A program made the translations under genes and the position numbers. The notes beneath the pieces are model-generated. The model had not been told where the DNA came from, did no database searches, and saw nothing but the letters and a program-made list of their open reading frames with translations. DNA of 64,000 nt from Bacteroidales bacterium (GTDB lineage: Bacteria > Bacteroidota > Bacteroidia > Bacteroidales > UBA7960): the NCBI GenBank assembly GCA_019429365.1, contig JAHYJD010000008.1, positions 948-64,947 on the forward strand, written 5' to 3'. The first letter of the stretch is position 1. Every line of letters starts with the position of its first letter. Positions 61,621 through 64,000 of the stretch are shown one piece after another.

Positions 61621-61636
61621 GAATACAGTAGCAATA

Positions 61637-61713
61637 AAACCTGAAACCTGAAACCTGAAACCTTAAACCTTAAACCTTGAACCCCAAACTCCAAACTCCA
61701 AACCTGAAACCTA
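61637..61713. repeat. Heptanucleotide tandem array (AAACCTG / AAACCTT / AAACTCC variants), about 11 units
   Basis: Units run from 61637 every 7 nt. The last unit overlaps the stop codon (61711-13) of the Y-family polymerase gene. Confidence 0.9.
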
Positions 61714-62868
61714 TCCCGGTGTCATGGCCACTCCGCGGTGCAGGGCGCTTTCGCCGTGCTTGCGGCGCATGCGGTCGATGGCCTGGTAGAGGCTGATGAG
61801 CTCGGGTGTTTCTTCGAACATATTGAGTTGCTGCACGCCATGCACCAGGCGGCTGAACTGTATGCCCACCAGTCGTATGAGCATGCGGCGGGTGTAAAGT
61901 CGCCGGAACAGCTCCTTGCATACGGGGATGAGCACGTGGTCAAAGGAGGTGTAAGGCACGGTTTGCTGCAGGGTGTGGGTGTCGAAGTTGGCGTAGCGTA
62001 TCTTCACGGTGACGCAGCCGGTGAGCTGCTGCTTCTTGCGCAGGCGGTAGGCCACCTTCTCGCACATGCGCACCAGCAGGTCGTTGATAAAGGCAATGTC
62101 GATGGTGTCGGTTTCGAAGGTGCTCTCGGTGCCGATGGATTTTCGCTCACTCCAGCTCTGTACCGGGCTGCTGTCGATGCCGTTGGCCCGCCGCCATATC
62201 TCGCGGCCGTTCTTGCCCATCATGTTTTCCATCACCTCGGGCGGTATGCGGCTCAGGGTGCCTATGGTGGCAATGCCCATGGTGCGCAGGGTGTAATAGG
62301 TCTTGGAGCCGATCATGGGAATCTTGCGGATAGACAGGGGATCGAGAAAGGGCCGCAGCATGGGCTGCTGCACCTGTATCTGCCCGTTGGGCTTGGCTTC
62401 GCCCGTGGCGATCTTCGACACGGTCTTGTTCATCGAAAGCCCCATGGAGATGGGCAGCCCCGTTTCTTTTATGATGTATTGCCGCAGCTCTGAAGCCCAT
62501 TTGTAGCAGCCAAAGAAGCGATCCATACCCGTGATGTCGAGGTAGTGCTCGTCGATGGAGGCCTTCTCGAATACCGGCGCCCGCTCGGCAATGATCTGCG
62601 TGACCATGTTGGAGTACTTGCTGTAGTCCTGCAGGTCGCCGCGAATGAACACGGCATCGGCACAGAGGTTGCGGGCCAGCTTCATGGGCATGGCCGAATG
62701 CACCCCATACTGCCGCGCCTCGTAGCTGCAGCCTGCCACCACGCCCCGGTCGCCCATACCGCCAATGATCACGGGCTTGCCAACGAGGCTGCTGTTGTGC
62801 AGGCGCTCCACCGACACAAAAAAAGTGTCCTGATCGAGGTGTGCTATGGTGCGGGCAGAAGAGTCCAT
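61711..62868 (-). CDS. dinB: Y-family DNA polymerase (DinB/Pol IV-like) with catalytic acidic residues retained
   Basis: HLDQDTFFVSVE aligns with E. coli DinB HVDMDCFFAAVE (D8/D10), and SIDEHYLD with SLDEAYLD (D103/E104). 385 aa. Confidence 0.85.
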   Translation of the reverse strand: MDSSARTIAHLDQDTFFVSVERLHNSSLVGKPVIIGGMGDRGVVAGCSYEARQYGVHSAMPMKLARNLCADAVFIRGDLQDYSKYSNMVTQIIAERAPVFEKASIDEHYLDITGMDRFFGCYKWASELRQYIIKETGLPISMGLSMNKTVSKIATGEAKPNGQIQVQQPMLRPFLDPLSIRKIPMIGSKTYYTLRTMGIATIGTLSRIPPEVMENMMGKNGREIWRRANGIDSSPVQSWSERKSIGTESTFETDTIDIAFINDLLVRMCEKVAYRLRKKQQLTGCVTVKIRYANFDTHTLQQTVPYTSFDHVLIPVCKELFRRLYTRRMLIRLVGIQFSRLVHGVQQLNMFEETPELISLYQAIDRMRRKHGESALHRGVAMTPG

Positions 62869-62915
62869 AAATATTTTTTGCTCAGGCGCTTGCCGTTTCA
62901 GAAAATGTTTTAACT

Positions 62916-62964
62916 TTGATTAGAATATGATCAAGATTCTGGTTATAATTTAATCAAAAATTGA
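62916..62964. promoter_or_regulatory. Candidate operators in the divergent dinB / lexA-like control region
   Basis: Palindromes TTGAT-N9-ATCAA (62916-62934) and TCAA-N3-TTGA (62954-62964) lie in the AT-rich 144-bp intergenic region. No binding motif was verified. Confidence 0.3.
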
Positions 62965-63012
62965 ATTGTGGTTCTTGTTAAGGGGTGATTTTTTCTGCCA
63001 AAACACAGTATT

Positions 63013-63858
63013 ATGAGTTTCTTTGCATCCAACATCAAGCTTTTGCGCAAGCGGCGCGGCCGCACCCAGGACGATGTGGCCTTTTTGCTTAACATGAAGC
63101 GCCCCACCCTGAGCGGTTACGAGAATGAGGTGGCCCAGCCCGGGCTGGAAGCCCTTGTGACTTTTTCGAAGTATTACAACGTGTCCATCGACACCCTGAT
63201 AAAGGTTGATCTTGCCAGTTTGGCTGAAAGCCAGCTCAGGCAGCTGGAGCGGGGCTACGATGTCTTCGTTTCGGGCAGCAAGCTGCGGGTGCTGGCTACC
63301 ACCGTCGACAGCGACAACGAAGAGAACATCGAGTTGGTGTCGGAAAAGGCCAAGGCCGGCTACCGCACCGGCTTTGCCGACCCGGAGTTCATCAAGGTGC
63401 TGCCTACCTTCCAGATGCCTTTCCTGTCGAAGCAGAAGAAGTACCGCAGCTTCCAGGTCTCGGGCGACAGCATGCTGCCCATACCCGAGGGCTCATGGGT
63501 TACCTGCGAGTTTGTACAGAACTGGAACCTGATACAGAACCGCCATGCCTACGTGATTCATACCCTCGACGATGGGGTAGTGTTTAAGGTGGCGGAAAAC
63601 CTGATAAGGAGCGAAGGCAAGCTGCGGCTCTATTCGCTCAATCCGATATACGAGCCTTACGAAGTGCATGTGAACGACATCCGCGAGGTGTGGAAGTTCG
63701 TCCACTTCATCAGCAGCCAGATACCCGAAGCCAACTCGCCCATGGAGCAGCTCTCAAATCAGTTCATACAGCTAAAGAAAGAGGTGGAGTCCATCAAAAC
63801 CAAGCTAAAGCCAAAGCAGCCCAAAGGAAAAACGGGCAACCTTTTCGGTGATGAATAA
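63013..63858 (+). CDS. CI/XRE-type HTH plus S24 peptidase repressor (non-canonical LexA-like)
   Basis: N-terminal HTH (RRGRTQDDVAFLLNMKRPTLSGYENE). Candidate Ala-Gly self-cleavage site (KAKAGY). S24 Ser (VSGDSMLP) and Lys (VVFKV). Coiled-coil-like C-terminal tail. Confidence 0.8.
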   Translation: MSFFASNIKLLRKRRGRTQDDVAFLLNMKRPTLSGYENEVAQPGLEALVTFSKYYNVSIDTLIKVDLASLAESQLRQLERGYDVFVSGSKLRVLATTVDSDNEENIELVSEKAKAGYRTGFADPEFIKVLPTFQMPFLSKQKKYRSFQVSGDSMLPIPEGSWVTCEFVQNWNLIQNRHAYVIHTLDDGVVFKVAENLIRSEGKLRLYSLNPIYEPYEVHVNDIREVWKFVHFISSQIPEANSPMEQLSNQFIQLKKEVESIKTKLKPKQPKGKTGNLFGDE

Positions 63859-63866
63859 AATGTTTT

Positions 63867-64000
63867 TTACAAACTTTTTATCAGTTCGGTAAAGACCACT
63901 GTCATGTTACGCTCGGCCACCTGGGCCACGTTTTGCACTTCTTCGTGGCTGGTGGGCTTGTCGGTGTCGGCGGGCTTGGCCAGGTTAGTGATGACCGAAA
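63867..64000 (-). CDS. 3' end of an unidentified minus-strand gene (partial)
   Basis: Hand translation gives ...NLAKPADTDKPTSHEEVQNVAQVAERNMTVVFTELIKSL* with the stop at 63867-69. The frame is open to the window edge. Confidence 0.4.
   Translation of the reverse strand, partial: SVITNLAKPADTDKPTSHEEVQNVAQVAERNMTVVFTELIKSL

Noticed and set aside
61404-61694. 96-aa minus-strand ORF spanning the repeat spacer
   Set aside because: It reads through the 7-nt and 13-nt repeats, whose periods are not multiples of 3, and runs out of frame into the dnaE2 start. It is almost certainly non-coding.
60136-62493. Plus-strand ORFs of 477 aa (60136-61569) and 251 aa (61738-62493)
   Set aside because: They are antisense to dnaE2 and the Y-family polymerase. 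Their Ala/Gly/Val/His-rich translations are typical of the reverse frame of GC-rich genes. They are a symptom of the GC shift, not genes.

Overview
The window reads as a chromosomal segment from a Bacteroidota genome. The phylum call rests on five observations: a dcw cluster without murF that carries a Bacteroidetes-type FtsL-like gene, a GldB-like lipoprotein, a DUF3467 gene after rpoC, tRNA-Trp between tuf and secE, and three exact TTTG-N19-TAnnTTTG promoter-like sites.

Most of the window is core housekeeping:
- 1-4.9 kb: an AsmA-like gene (partial), an RluB-type pseudouridine synthase with a repeat-rich N-terminus, an SRAP/YedK peptidase and an FKBP lipoprotein.
- 5.0-20.4 kb, minus strand: the complete division/cell-wall operon mraZ-rsmH-ftsL-ftsI-murE-mraY-murD-ftsW-murG-murC-ftsQ-ftsA-ftsZ. 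Three 10-bp direct repeats sit upstream of mraZ and look like MraZ boxes.
- 20.7-42.5 kb: mixed metabolism and envelope genes. These are an aminolipid acyltransferase pair, engB, gldB-like, an OMP, nadE, nfu, mrp, an alkyltransferase-like protein, trmB, an HU-SPOR protein, kdsB, a deoxynucleoside kinase, GH3, PPK2, a histidine kinase, a peroxiredoxin, yraN, purS, pssA and DPP-IV.
- 42.6-57.9 kb, plus strand: rpsU-xerC-hpf, then tRNA-Thr-Tyr-Gly-Thr-tuf, tRNA-Trp, secE-nusG-rplKAJL-rpoBC and DUF3467.

The non-routine part starts at about 58.4 kb. G+C rises sharply into a cassette made of a CI/XRE-type HTH plus S24 peptidase repressor (non-canonical LexA-like). It is transcribed divergently from a Y-family polymerase that appears catalytically intact and from a 978-aa DnaE2-like polymerase. 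No imuA or imuB is present. Unusual tandem-repeat arrays flank dnaE2 on both sides. Upstream, a 258-bp spacer is built mostly from three different repeat families. Downstream there is a 21-bp x5 array capped by a 20-bp perfect palindrome.

I found no CRISPR array, transposase or prophage. All calls come from reading the sequence and ORF translations by eye, with no database search.
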